From Dicyema japonicum (lineage: Eukaryota > Animalia > Dicyemida): a DNA stretch of 64,000 bases. Position numbers and translations under genes: made by a program. Under the pieces are notes generated by a model. That model searched no databases, had not been told where the DNA came from, and worked only from the letters and a program-made list of their open reading frames with translations. Numbering within the stretch: the stretch's first letter is position 1; the number at the start of each line of letters is the position of its first letter. Shown here one piece after another: positions 24,011 through 36,989 of this stretch. The DNA lies in the NCBI GenBank assembly GCA_011109175.1, contig RDEW01000016.1, positions 174,049 to 238,048 on the forward strand. Reading direction: 5' to 3'.

Positions 24011-24779
24011 CCTTCTTGATTGAACGAGGCATAACAGTTGTTAACACGTTAGTATTTTACTCAAAAACTCTACAAATTAAAAAATCAAAAAGCTGGGAGA
24101 TTCTCGGGAGCTGTGTTGGTTCAATGACCGCCTCGGAATTGCCATCGTTAGTGGCAATGGTAATTGTCTTTTGGCAGCTGGTGACTGATTTGCTTTTTTG
24201 TTAATAAATTAAATTACAGCAAACTAGTTGCCAAAATAAAAAAACCTTTTATCACCAAAAACATAAAAGTGAGATGATCTGTAAAAATTATGACATTTTT
24301 CAATGAAACGAGGAAATCAGTAATTTTCCCCAATGAAGCATGTTTTGAGGTGTTAAATATCAAAAGGAGACGAATTTTTTATCTCGAAAATGGTACTGGT
24401 TTTATCGACAGAATCTGGTGTCAATGCCAAGTACTGTGGGGGTAAATTTATTTCTTCTCCCTCACCAAATCCACTTGTGAAGATTACCTTAGGAAAATTT
24501 TCCCGCCTAAAAATGAAGTTATATCCGCGACAGTAGGACGTGTGATGATAATGGAAGAGGGCGGACCTACTTCTCCATCTCTCTTCTGAAGTGGAAGCCT
24601 TCAATGGACTATTTGGAGGATGTATTCGGTCGGCATACAGTCATTCTGCCTTAGAGCACCTCCATAGATTAAACAGGATGTTTGTCTCGAAAGGAGAAAA
24701 AAGTAAGTCCAATTTTAACGGTCCTCGGCATTCCATCTAAATCTATCGGAAGTCGAGGGTATATTGATTTATCCGATTG

Positions 24780-24880
24780 TACTTAGTTTGATCGACAGAA
24801 TCTGATGCCAACAATCAAGCACGGTGGAGGCAAACTTATGGTAAACGGATGTTTCTCGTGTGACGGAGGAGGAAGAAAAT
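24780..24880 (+). mobile_element. Tc1-like transposase fragment
   Basis: PTIKHGGGKLMV.GCFS motif. Confidence 0.7.
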
Positions 24881-25111
24881 AGCAACCAATATACTGAGTT
24901 CGATTTTCACAATCCTAAACACCGCCAGTCATCCAAGTAAAACACTAAACCCATAAAGAGCCGAACATATATTGATCCAAAGAAACCGCCATTTGTGAAA
25001 CCACCCCGCAGAATAATCTAACAACGTGCCAATGTCGTGGCAATGGTGATTGTGAAGTAGGAAGCTAGTTTTCAGCGACAACTCCAATAAAACCATTTTT
25101 TATTTTAATCA

Positions 25112-27036
25112 TCACACAGTGAAAACCAGGGCAGAATAAATAACCGTGAAATTAGCGGAGCAATACAGATAGAGTAATCTGGTCCACAAGTGGGGGTACC
25201 TCATTGGAGTTGGAAGTTGCAATAAATCACACAAAAGTAGTCCAACAGCAACCGGCATCTAGAAAATTAATATTTACGCTTACCGACGATTTGTACAGCG
25301 CATAGTGGCTAAACTGAAATTTTCCCTTCCCGACTCTTCGTTTTCGGCATCCTCGACCTTTGATCGTACAAAAAACGTGGAACAGCATTAAGCTGACAAT
25401 AAATTGAAGTGTTTGTCCATCTTTGCGTAAAAGTGGGAAAAGACTAGTAAAAAAACACAAAAACCTTATAGTAGAAAGTTCTAGAAACCACAAGACAAGC
25501 CAGTATGAGGAGGTCGACAAACTCAGAGCCCTAAAGTCACTGAAAAAATTACAAAGCTGGGTAAATTATGGATTTTTCATGCACGTGGAATGAAAAAAGA
25601 TAAAACGCAAGCGACGAAGCGGCCTATCGAATAATATTAAAGCTACCAAAGTCTCTGTAAAGGCGCGATTACTTTTAAAGCGGACCAAACACGGTAAAAC
25701 GGAAAAAACCAGAGTAAATCCGGTGCTAATAACGGTTAAACAGGGGAGAACCAAACACGCAAAATATGATCCCCCAGTAGTTTTTCCGGTTTAATCAAAA
25801 CAGATAACGAACACCAGAAGTTAGCCACTTTGTCCTAAATTATTAAAAATCTACGACTTCGTATAACCCCCTCCAAAAAGGAAAAACTCTTTTATAGATA
25901 TTCAAGAGACATTCCAATGAAGGATCCCCCAAAATGAAAGGAAACAATATCACTGAGACCACCAGTAAGCAGCAAATTCCAACCTTGATGATTCTCACAG
26001 TACTCAAGTAAGAAAAAGTTTAAAACCTGCGAAAGAACCCGCCTTCGACTGAAAGGGCGAGTACTCTAATGAACATAGCCACGGAGTAATAAAGCGAAGT
26101 CTGCTTGAAAAAGACCGCCAAAACGTAGAAAACAGAGCCCAAATAAATATTGCGTTTCTCAAGAAAGAAAATGCTCCAAACAAGGAATCCAAGGGCAACA
26201 CAGTTGTACTGGAAGTGGCCGTGGTCGATTAGCAAAAGTCCAGGGTACAGCAAAGGGAAGAGAACCGAAACCTACGTTAGAATATAAAATACATCATTTT
26301 TTAGTGAAAAATACAAAATTCCAGAGACAAGAACCAAAAAGTCTGCAAATATCACTATTGACTCAAAAGAGACGAATACCTGAGTACCTCATGAACATCT
26401 TGAGCTCAGAGCTTTCGAATCCCCTTGAGGAATGGAGAGCCGTCCAGTTTGGGTTATAACGATTAGCTCTGAAACTAAGTGAGTAAACAACATTTTCCCC
26501 ATCAAATAACTGTGATAGGCCGATAAAGGAGGGTAATCCGATTCCCCAGTAGCTCAAGTCATTATCAGTAGAGTTCACGTACCTTTGAATGATATATTTA
26601 AGGAATTTGAGCCATTTTAACTCTCAATATTAATTTTTTTAAAAATAAAAAAAATTTAAATGTAAACAATTTTAAATAAAAATTATTATTTTATAGAATA
26701 TTTTAAATAAAAAATGATATATACTGAGTGCCACATTTCTTATGTTTGGGAGAATTTTTGCAATAATACTGCTAATAATAAAATTAAAATAAAAAATAAC
26801 ATTTAAAATATTAAATAAAATTTGAAAAATAATAAGGGGCACACAAAAACCATTGAGAAATATTCAAATTGGTAGTAATCTCCATCCAATGCCTGTGAGC
26901 TTCAAAGTCTCCGTAATTCGGGGGAACAGAAAACCCTAGTTTTCAGAATTTATATTTTACCAGAATATCCTCCTGAACCGACGAGAAGTTTTAATAATAA
27001 AAGGGACAGCACTCCAACTAATAACGTTGATTTCAT
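25112..27036 (-). CDS. ALG6: Dolichyl-P-Glc:Man9GlcNAc2-PP-dolichol alpha-1,3-glucosyltransferase; about 12 introns; one apparent +1 frameshift near 26540
   Basis: YGDFEAHRHWMEIT, YWG.DYPPLSAYHS, SRGFES, LLLIDHGHFQYN, FPFWRGLYEDKVANFWC, FYLFSFHVHEKSI. Confidence 0.95.
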
Positions 27037-27117
27037 TATAATTTAAAATAATTAATTAAATTTAATTTTTTTTAAATTCAAATTTATTTTATTTCTTGTG
27101 TGGTCTTCTTCCTTCAG
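27037..27117. promoter_or_regulatory. Very short AT-rich divergent (bidirectional) promoter region between ALG6 and MRPS33
   Basis: Only 81 nt separate the two opposite ATGs. Confidence 0.65.
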
Positions 27118-27517
27118 ATGTCTACTCGTTATGCCAAAAAAATGAAAGCCCTGTCCGCCAAAATTTTTGGAGACTATCCAACGAATCCACGTGACCAAAA
27201 AATATTTAAGTTATTTTCGTCACTTCCGCCATATAAAGACGAGAAATATGTCAATTATTATCCCCCATACCGCACGTGGGACCATTTAATAAGGACACTA
27301 AGAAATTACGGGCTTTACAGGTAGAATTGTGTTTAATAATCTCAGAGATTCACATTTGGATTTCATGGAGATGATCAGCAAAATGAAGGAGACTTCTAAT
27401 AGAGTGAATGAATTTACTCAGGAGATGAATAAAAAACGGCAGGAGATTGCTAATAAAACGAGGACACAACGTAAATTGGAAAGTCAAGGCGTAAAGAAGA
27501 AATATCGTGTTTTTTAG
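27118..27517 (+). CDS. MRPS33: Mitochondrial ribosomal protein S33 (mS33); one 25-nt intron at 27321-27345
   Basis: MSTRYAKKMKALSAKIFG...KLFS.LP...YYP...L...LRNYGLYR|DSHLDFME matches the MRPS33 pattern LSARLFG...GLYRDEHQDF. Confidence 0.92.
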
Positions 27518-28299
27518 ATTTAATAATAATTTTAACATAAAAATTTAAATTTGATTGAAAATTAATTTTATTAAAACAAGAGCATTTATTAAGCTTCGAT
27601 GTTCGCAAAGAAGCCGTTTTCTTGGAATGCCAAGAGTAACTCTGTAGGTCGACCTACAAATTGAACTGAAAAAAGATAAAACCGATTGTAAGGTAGACTC
27701 ATTTAGACCTCTGTTATCAATCGATCTCTTATTTTCTAACGAGGCTTAGACCCAACCATGAGTTATTTCTATTCTAGTTTACAGCCATTCTTACAGGAGA
27801 CTAAAAATCATTGACCTTATTGGGGTTCGGTGGATTCCCATCCATGTGCAGCGATTGTGAGAGATAAGTGTTTCTTATTTTAATGACCTGCAAAAAGCAG
27901 TACTGAATCTTTCGACACGTGTGAAAGGTATATAAGATAAAAATACACATTTAAAATGAATTATCAATATTAAACTATTGATTACATTTTTATAAGCTTT
28001 GAACAATTTTAAATTTTTGATTTTATTGTCAAAAATTCGCTATACTTTGAATGTATCCAGACATCCCAGTCACCTAAGAAAAAACAAACATTTTCTGCTT
28101 TACTTACATTTGTTTACAAACAATCGCATGGAGCGTGAACCGGTTCTGGAGCACTTTGTATCTCTGTCCTTCGTATTTCATCCCTCCCTAACATAAAACA
28201 GTGGAAGTATAAGTGTTAATTTTCGACAGAAACTTCAAATTTTAAGTAAACTAAAAGTCCTGAAGAACTAATTAATGAAGCCAAACAAAAAAATGTTAA

Positions 28300-29195
28300 T
28301 CAAAATTGTTTCCTTGGATTCCTAGAAATGTGCATTGATTTGGAGAGATACGTCCAATTTTTATCAAAAATTATTATGTGTATGCTATTTAAAGAATTTA
28401 TGTTCACAAGATATAATTAACAGTCTTGAAAGTGCTTCACTTTTTACTTACAAAAGAAAACAGTTGATTTTCATTTTCTCCTAAACATTTAAATTATCTA
28501 AGGAAACCATGAACTTCCAAATAAAGCAATCAAATAAGTTGGAAACTCATTCTTTATTGCCGCTAATTAGGTTATTTGACTAAAATAAAGGCTCACAATG
28601 ATAAGTCGCGAGAGGTGGATAGAACAAAAATATTGTTCATCATACCGGATGTTTTATGGGAAGTGGTTTCAATCTTGGTCGACCGCCCCCAAACACTATC
28701 CTTTTGTATTTTATTGACGACCTTGTAGATTCATGAGACATCAATATCGACATGAGCCATGCAAGCGACATTGAACGGTGAGTCCGATTTTCTAGGAACT
28801 GCCTATTTTCATTAAAATCGAATGTAACAATGTTCACCATTTAAAGTGAAAAGAAACTAAAATAACGCAAATTTTAATTTGAACGAGGAGAGAAAGATAT
28901 AAAATATGTAAAGTTCGACCCCTGCCCCAGTAGAAAACGTGGCTTTCGAACAGAGTTCTTTGATAAGGAAATCTTTGCTTCAAGGCACAATAATGCTTTT
29001 TGGTAAGGTTTAAAATGGACGTTATAATTTAGAATATAAATAACATTTTATTTAATAAAAATGCTTTAATAATGATTTTTATTTATTCTATTGGTCGAAA
29101 ATTAAATAACTTATCATAAATGAACTTTATAAAAAAAGTGCCCCATATATAAAGGGTGCCCCAAACCGGGGTTTTATTGGGGCGGGGTTGTACTG
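28300..29195 (-). mobile_element. Very degraded pogo-like element
   Basis: GGGRPRLKPL motif on the minus strand and a CAGTACAACCCCGC TIR-like end near 29194. Confidence 0.4.
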
Positions 29196-30519
29196 TGTTT
29201 TGTTTAATGTATTGCTCCAAAAGCATTAGATTTTACTGTTTTAATAAGTCCTCGTTTATTTTTTTATATTCTTGTCTATGTCATTCATTAACTCAGTTAA
29301 ATGACAAAATATTTTGTAGCGTTTTGTTAGTACAATTGCTTGCTTTTTGATTAATTTATAAAAAAAAAGTAAAGAATCGAAATAAAAGATATAAATCTAC
29401 ACGGAAGATTGCTACAATAATTCGTAAAAAATTTCAGCGTTAACGTCAAATTCGGATAAGCAGTTCACAAGCACTGATAAAATGTGTCTTTTACGAACAA
29501 CAATTTTTGAATTAAAGTTTTTTTTTAATTATGATATATTAATAATTAAATATATTTTAAATAATATAGCGTCCAAATTTTTGATGGGACCTGTTAAAAA
29601 TTAATAAACATCATGGAACGCCAGCAAGACTTCCTTAAAAGTTTCATGAACATTCTTTCGGGCCTTGAGTCAATTTCGGTCTGGAAGCTTGCTCAAGATA
29701 CGAACAGAAATCTTCACCTTATCGACAATACTATTAATCTGTACGAACCGTGGAACGTTCCAGTGCGACAAGACCATCCAGTCATGTGCCGATACGGACT
29801 GAGGTGGGTTCGAGGGAGAAGTGCGCCAAGTTGAAGTCAGTGTTACCGATTCCGTGATCGCTGGATCGGTTGTTTGGTATTACTGCTGTCTATGGAATTT
29901 TTCAGTTCATAGGTAATTTGTGTAAAATAGTATGTTGTACTTCTTTGAGTGTTGCACTTTCCTGTGTAGAATTATATATAAAACATATTCTGGTAGGGAA
30001 TCTTCCGAATGACACCCATCACTTAAGAAGTTGTACTTCCAACCTCCTTATTATTCCTTCCCTCACACATCACTGCCCTCTCTATTAGGATCCTTTCCTT
30101 ATCACTTCTCTCCTCCATCAATTATCGATTTGTTCTTTTTGTGTGTTATTTCTAAACAACATGTGCATACCCCCGTTCAAAGATCAAATCCCTCCTTTAT
30201 ATGTTGTCCCTCCCATCCACTAACCAAACGAATGATCAACACTCCATACGAATGAATGATATCCTTTATCCCTTAGACACAAAAATTCAAGGGTAGCGTG
30301 CAGAAAAGAGAGTCACCTCCCCCTAAAAAGTATATACCCCAACATGAATATATCAACACTTTCATTGCATGTTATCGTTTAATCTAAGAAAATACGCGTC
30401 TGGGGGACCTCAGGAATTGGATATCAATCCATCTCGGGATCGACCTATTGTAGATATGTTGTTGACTGCAAAGGAATTTACTCGCTCTTTTGTTAGTTTC
30501 AGCAGAGGCCGGGTCCCAG

Positions 30520-30950
30520 GCATGTAGTCACCAAGGGGGTTGAGAAGCGCTCCCTTGAGGAGGCTGGATTGCTGTCGTCTCTGGAACCGGTAAGTCTGGA
30601 TCGTGGAGATGGAAATCCCCAGACGGGGTAACTGTCTTCCCTTTTCTCGGGGGAAATGCTTGATTTGATGGGGCCTGTTGAAAGCTGGGGAGGCTGCTAG
30701 GACTTTCGAGAATTTCAAGGTAAAAAAATACGACAGCCTCTCCACAAAATTACATGTACAGCCCGTTGTTGTCAAGACAAAAGGAATCTTCGGGCCCGAG
30801 ACGGTCTTTTTTCTAAGATCGTTGGGTCAATGATTTCGAAAGTGAGTTATGAGCGTCAGGAAACCGAATGGTTGTTCCAAAGGATTTCCCTGGCCGTTGT
30901 CTGGGCAAACAGCCATTCCATCCAATCAGTTGGATTATTTTGTTTCCCCT
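30520..30950 (+). mobile_element. CRE-like RLE fragment
   Basis: SLEPVSLDRGDG..PDGVTVFPFSRGKCLI. Confidence 0.8.
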
Positions 30951-31518
30951 TTGGACAACTATGCAGACAGACTGGATGAGTCATCGCGTTTCACTGTCAT
31001 CGTGGCTTCTGAAAGTTTGAGGAAGATCAGGAACCTGCTTCTTATTTCTCGGCTGTCTTGAATGCAATCACGCGAAAGGTATATCGGCCGAGGAGTACTC
31101 TGTTTTTTATTTAGCTCTTTTAGCTTTCTCTGCTGCAGAAAGTGCCTTTACCGCACTCCCGATGAGTTAAAAATGAGAAACTTTCCCATAAAAATTGACC
31201 AAATCAAATTACCCATGCAAATGTAGAAATGTTTAATCTACTTAATGAATATCTATCCAGAAAGTCAGTCAAAATTTAAATCGTGACAAATTATTTGGCA
31301 GAATTGTTAACTTGTGCAAACAATCATATCAAGTGGATTTCAAGTGCCTATTATACTTGTTTTTCATTCAAATTTTATGTTCGAATTTTACCGCTGATTT
31401 AACTGAGGCCATAAAAATAAGGAAACTAAAGTCAAAAAGTCTACTCAGCTTCATTGTCCATGAAAGCTCATGTCTTCCTTCTTGTGACTATGGGCGAGGA
31501 GGCAAACTTGGAATAGGT

Positions 31519-31655
31519 TTTCTAATAGGAGAAGCGAGGAGGCGAACTTAAGAGTAATGTTCTAATAGGAGAAGGGATGATGTGAACTGTTCTAATAGGA
31601 GAAGTGTTCTAAAGAGGTGTTCTAATAGGAGAGGCGAGGAGGCGTGTTCTAACTT
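31519..31655. repeat. Cluster of degenerate direct repeats TGTTCTAATAGGAGA(G/A)GCGAGGAGGCG
   Basis: At least four copies of ttctaataggaga plus partial copies are visible. Confidence 0.75.
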
Positions 31656-33079
31656 CTAACAAATAATTGAAAAACTCGTTGGAGCATTTTTCAGTAGGTG
31701 CACGTGAGAGTGAATGAATCACATGTTTAGAGAGATCGATTTCAATTATTTTGGTGTTTGTTCACATTTTGTGCAATAAATGGCTGAAAAAGTAATTTTT
31801 ATTCAAATAAAATTGACAGGCAATATTCATTTTGTCATTAATTCAACTTAATGTTACAAACGTTAAAATTTCTATACCACACTAAAAAATTGATTTGCAA
31901 TAAAATAAGCATTTTAATGTTCTAAGGCAGATAAAATATAAATTTATTTGTTCAAAAAAGTCAACGACACACAATTTTATCAATTCCAAGTTGTGACTTC
32001 TAGACAGCCTAGAATCGATAATTTTAATTAAGAACCTTCTTGAAGCATTATTCCCTGTTTTACCTAAGGACAGGCATATCAAGGTCCCCCAATATGCTCC
32101 AGACGGGATTCGGATGTAGACACAATGGCATCCGATGCTTCCTTGTATGCGAAAGTTCGCATATCCGAAATCTTTAGGTATTTACAACCATATTGAGGAG
32201 ATCAGGTAGAAGAGAATTTACAACCATATTGAGGAGATCAAGTCACTAGGTGTACAAGACCTAAACCACACTCCACCAGTGGCACCAACTCAACCATCAA
32301 TATCTCTAGGACTAGACTAAAAACTCTCGAAGTACTAATCAATCTCAAGGGGTGAGATTAAATGTCTCAGATTAGAAAGAAATGAGGGATCAAACCCTGG
32401 CCGACCATATTGGAAAACTTGATGATCTTTTTGAAATCACATGTATGTAACCATGGTGATTTACTTGAATAATATCTGGACTTGGGAGTTTTGAATTTTA
32501 TATTATTTTGACGCCTTCACTAGAAATGCGAATTTTTTTCAGATTTACATATTTTTAGAGTACCTCGACTAGGAAGAGGTCTGCGAGAGAAAAAATTTTA
32601 GTCAGAGGATATAATTTTTTCCTCATGTGATTGCTTTTTTAAAATTAATAAGTTATGTAAGAGTTACACCTGAGAAGATTATGTAAGACAAGTTATAAGG
32701 AGTAACAGACTCAGAATCAAACAGATCTTTAGTCCTACGCCTATATATACGGGACATGGGGATTGGAGGAGCGAAACTGATAAAATGTCTTCTTAGGTCC
32801 ATGAACATCTGTAAAACTTAATCAGATAAATTTTCCAAATAAGTTAAGTAAAATAATCACCTGAATTGTGAATACAAAACACAGATACGCTCATTTTGAA
32901 AATAAACTCTCTCGAAAGGGCCGAATCTTCACAGTACATGAGAATATCTATCACCATGGAGTACAAAATCATGAGAATTTATTAGTTTTAAGGAAGTAAT
33001 AAATACATGTACGTCATTTTTTTAATTAAAGCGGAAATTTAACATGTTAAATATGCCACAAAGAGTAAGTTTGCGAATG

Positions 33080-33330
33080 AAATTAACAAATAACGCGTTA
33101 TCAGATTGCGCGATTGAATGCCTGCTTGTTTCACTTCTCAGAACATGATGAAAAGATATCGTTTCTCCATTTGGTATTCGACGTCAACTCTGCACCTGTA
33201 AATCAAGTTCATCCCTGGGAAATGATCATCTTAATAATCTGGAGAACTTTGAAGCCAATCCGTCCGAGTGCGCCCCAATTTCAAACATGAAGATGCCTCG
33301 ATGTAATTATTGCCGACTTAAGGCACTACA
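33080..33330 (-). mobile_element. Tc1-like transposase remnant
   Basis: WGALG..G...L and IAQSDNA motifs, interrupted by stops. Confidence 0.4.
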
Positions 33331-35299
33331 GAGAGCAAACACAAGGATGAAGATATTTGGGGATCCTGATGATTGAATTCTTGTTGACCCAATATTTTTT
33401 TATAATCCTGTAAATAAATTCTCTTTTTTATTCAATTCTTGTTATTTTGTCCTGGAATATGTTTGAGCAGTGTTTACTACCAATGAAATGGTGGTCTTCA
33501 AATTTTCTCTCAAAAGTTTATTTGGATTAGTATTTCCCCGCTGTCGAGGGGGAGTAGTATGCAATGCGAGCTCTATACTTCTAATTTTTCTTACGTAATT
33601 GATTACTCTTCTCAAATAAAGTCGATAAAACTTCATGTTAACTCTAATGTGTTAACTCCATCTGGTCAAAACGATATTGATTAAATTTGTGAATTAGGTA
33701 TTTGGTGGGACTTTGACAGCAAATAGTCAAAATGTGTTTGAATTTGAATGTAGTCGAGTATTAGTTTTCAGAAATAGCGTATCCTAGTGTTTCCATGTTT
33801 TGAATTTTTGTAAGTCGAATGGATTTTTGTTTTTAATCGATGAATAAATCCCAAGATAGCTGTTTAGTTTTTTTTCCCACAGATTATCAACAATAGGATT
33901 TAATGACGTAAATATTTTAATAGAATTAATTATTTTATAATAAATTATATTCAATGATAATTTATATAAATAAATTTAATCATTTTCATCGTGCCAAGGT
34001 GAGTATAGTGCCTGGATAACGTGAGTAGTTAGTTTGGTGTTACCGTTGAATTTTTCATCGATTCATTGATACCTAAAGCCATAAAAAGTAACAGCTTAAT
34101 GTTCCATTGCTGCATGGTCAGCCACGGACTTCTCAAGACCCTATCCGTTCCCTCTGAGACAATGCAGATCTAAGTTAAGTATTCTCACCTAAAGCAGTTA
34201 GAAACGCTATTGGATGTCGCTCAATATTTTTAAGGAAAACTCGTTTTTGTGCCTCTGATCGTGTTTGCATAATTCTCTTAAAGCACATCGACAATGTTTC
34301 CATTGACGTCATTACTCGCCATTACTTATCAATCCATAAACACTAACTGGATTCAGAACAAGTGGAAGAGCTCCATCATTCCACCTGTTTCGAAATGGTA
34401 ATCCAGACAGCTTCCTACCTCCTTATATACGTGACGTGCTGTCTCTCTTGAAATTAGTTTTGTGGAAGATATTTCCTGGTCTACCATATCTAAGGTTCAA
34501 AAGTGGGCTCGAAGATGACTTGATCATTAGATGTCGTAGTAGTTCAATAAATGAGTCGCGATAAAACTGCGGATTTTTTTGGGAATATGACTCTTGCTTG
34601 GTGTTGAACCGACTGTCAGTCTCTTTCGCGTAATCTTTTATATGATTTTCCTTACCGATGGAAGAATGATTGGATGTATACTAAATGGAAAGTTTATCCC
34701 ACAAAAACGGAACTCTAAAATATTAAGGGTCGATCCATTGTAATCGTTATCTCACAATGTTAGAAGAATTCTGTCTAGTGGGCCTCGTTAACTGAAATAC
34801 ACAAAAGAGTTATTTTCGGTCCAGTACCGACCGTCCCAGTAATGCTTCGTTCTACCAGCTTCTCAACCCACTTTCGAGTATGCAAGTTCGCCCAGGACTT
34901 TTAACTTTTCACCTTCAAATGAAAAGCTTTCTCTAATCGGATTTGTCACTTTTGACACTTTTTCCTTTGCGGAATATATCAGAAATTTAAAAGACTGAAA
35001 CATGTTTATTTTAAAGTCTAACAAATATTATTGGTCAGCTCTGAAATCTGCGAATCCCGCACGTTTTGCTAGAGATGTGCGAAAATCTTTAGAAAGAGAA
35101 TCAGCGAAGGAGACATTGAAGGAAAACTAGGAATACATTGCTTTCGTTTTAAAGAATAATATTCAAACTTCCTTTTTTTTGGGGTTGAATAAATTTAATC
35201 CTTTAGATGGGGGTAGCCACTTTTTAATTTTGCAAAAAGAGAAGATATTCGACTCCCTTATGGCGTTCTCTAGTCACACAGAGGAAGTGTTAACCAAGG

Positions 35300-35760
35300 G
35301 TCTTTGAAAATGGAACGTCGCAAAAGCTATCATAAAGAAGAGCCCCTTCTCACCTACTGCTTGTATCAGCAAACTATATCTTCATGTTATTGTGCCGAAG
35401 ATTGAATATGCCTGTTCTGTTTGGAGATTCGCTATTCCCTCTACGAGGGTCGAGCGTATGAACTCTCTCAGACGGAAGATCATGCGGCATATATAATCAG
35501 AAACCATATCAACACCCTTCCCCCCAGTCTCCTTTCAGAGGAGGCGACGGTGAGAATTGGCCAGGGCTTCCTACGTATATGCAAGGACCTAGGAAACCCA
35601 TTCAGAGAGAGGACGGCTTATGCGGAAAAATTCAGATCGGCATTAAAGAATTCCTCTGCAGACATAAAAGAAGACACTTCAGGAATGCAATTGGTTCACT
35701 GGTGGAGCATTCGAAGAGAATTCGAGAGATGTTGAATGAAAGAAATTACTTTTGTGTTCA
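35300..35760 (+). mobile_element. LINE 3' fragment
   Basis: LYLHVIVPKIEYACSVW...YELSQ motif, as in Jockey/I-like C-termini. Confidence 0.65.
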
Positions 35761-36989
35761 ATAAATAAATCTTTATTATCACAGAAATTTAATTATTTAA
35801 CTGAGTGACAGTTAAAATAACACGTGCCTCGACTAGAAAGGGATTGGACTTCACTGGGTCTCTTATCAACCAGTCAATCCTCAGTAAATTTACCGAAGGC
35901 AGATCACAGCTTTTCATAAGGAAGGTCGCTATACTTTCCATAAAAGTTACCCTCACTGATATCAATAGTTTTCTTGATCCTCAGATGACTTCGGATCGTC
36001 TTTACACCATCGTGGGTGTGTTTTTATCGGACTTTTCATCTTATATAGTTATTCTCTCTAGTTCATATCAGACAACCATCCTTCTACTCAAATCCACTAA
36101 TTACAAGTATATTGATAAGATCATTACTGACCCCAAAAGAACACTCAGGAAATTCCCATCTCCGTCAAAAAAACTGCTTATAATATAAAGGGCGTGTTGA
36201 AGATTACAAATTGGTCCCCGAAGTACACTGGTAGATATTCCGATTTTTTATGACTACGTTAAAAAGAGGTTTGGGAGTCACTCCAAAATTATGGAATGCC
36301 AAGTCCCTATTTTGTAAAAAGTCGAAATTTTAATTTTTTATGTTAACGCAGTGTGATAAGTTCACGATCAAAAACCAGAAGGTCCCGTCTGAATTCGAAT
36401 CGCACTGCTGTCCAATTGATTGAAGGTTCCATGCTTCTGGGTTGATATGTCAATTTAGCATTATGGAATATGTTGCCACGTCCCTGTTAAAAGTGGGCGA
36501 AATTTTTTATATTAATGTATAAATGAGCTGTGATCTTAAACTGGTCTTAAGTATGTTAATCGAATGCCCTTGATTTTGGTTTGATCTTTTTACATGTAAC
36601 ATCAATATATTGATTTTTACTTTAGTTGTTTGATAACCTTGAATTATGCCTAATTACTATGACAACGTTTCAAGAGAATTTAAAGATAAAAGGTATGACA
36701 ACGCCGGATTATAATCACGTGGTTATGATATCTTTAATCAAAAAACAATCAATCGATGGTTATACAATAGAAGTTTGACTATGTGACTATTCCCTCTCAG
36801 GATGGCGAGTGAGATTTGCTCAAATAGCCAGAAGCGCTCACGGAGATTTCTATTCGTGTAGAAATCCGATCCCCTGGATGACCCGGGAATTCCTGCGTTG
36901 AAGGCGCAAGGGAACCGGACGTTTCAACAACGAGCGGAACAAACAAAAAATCCTTGGATAGAACCGTGTATTTTGCTCGTTAAGACTTC

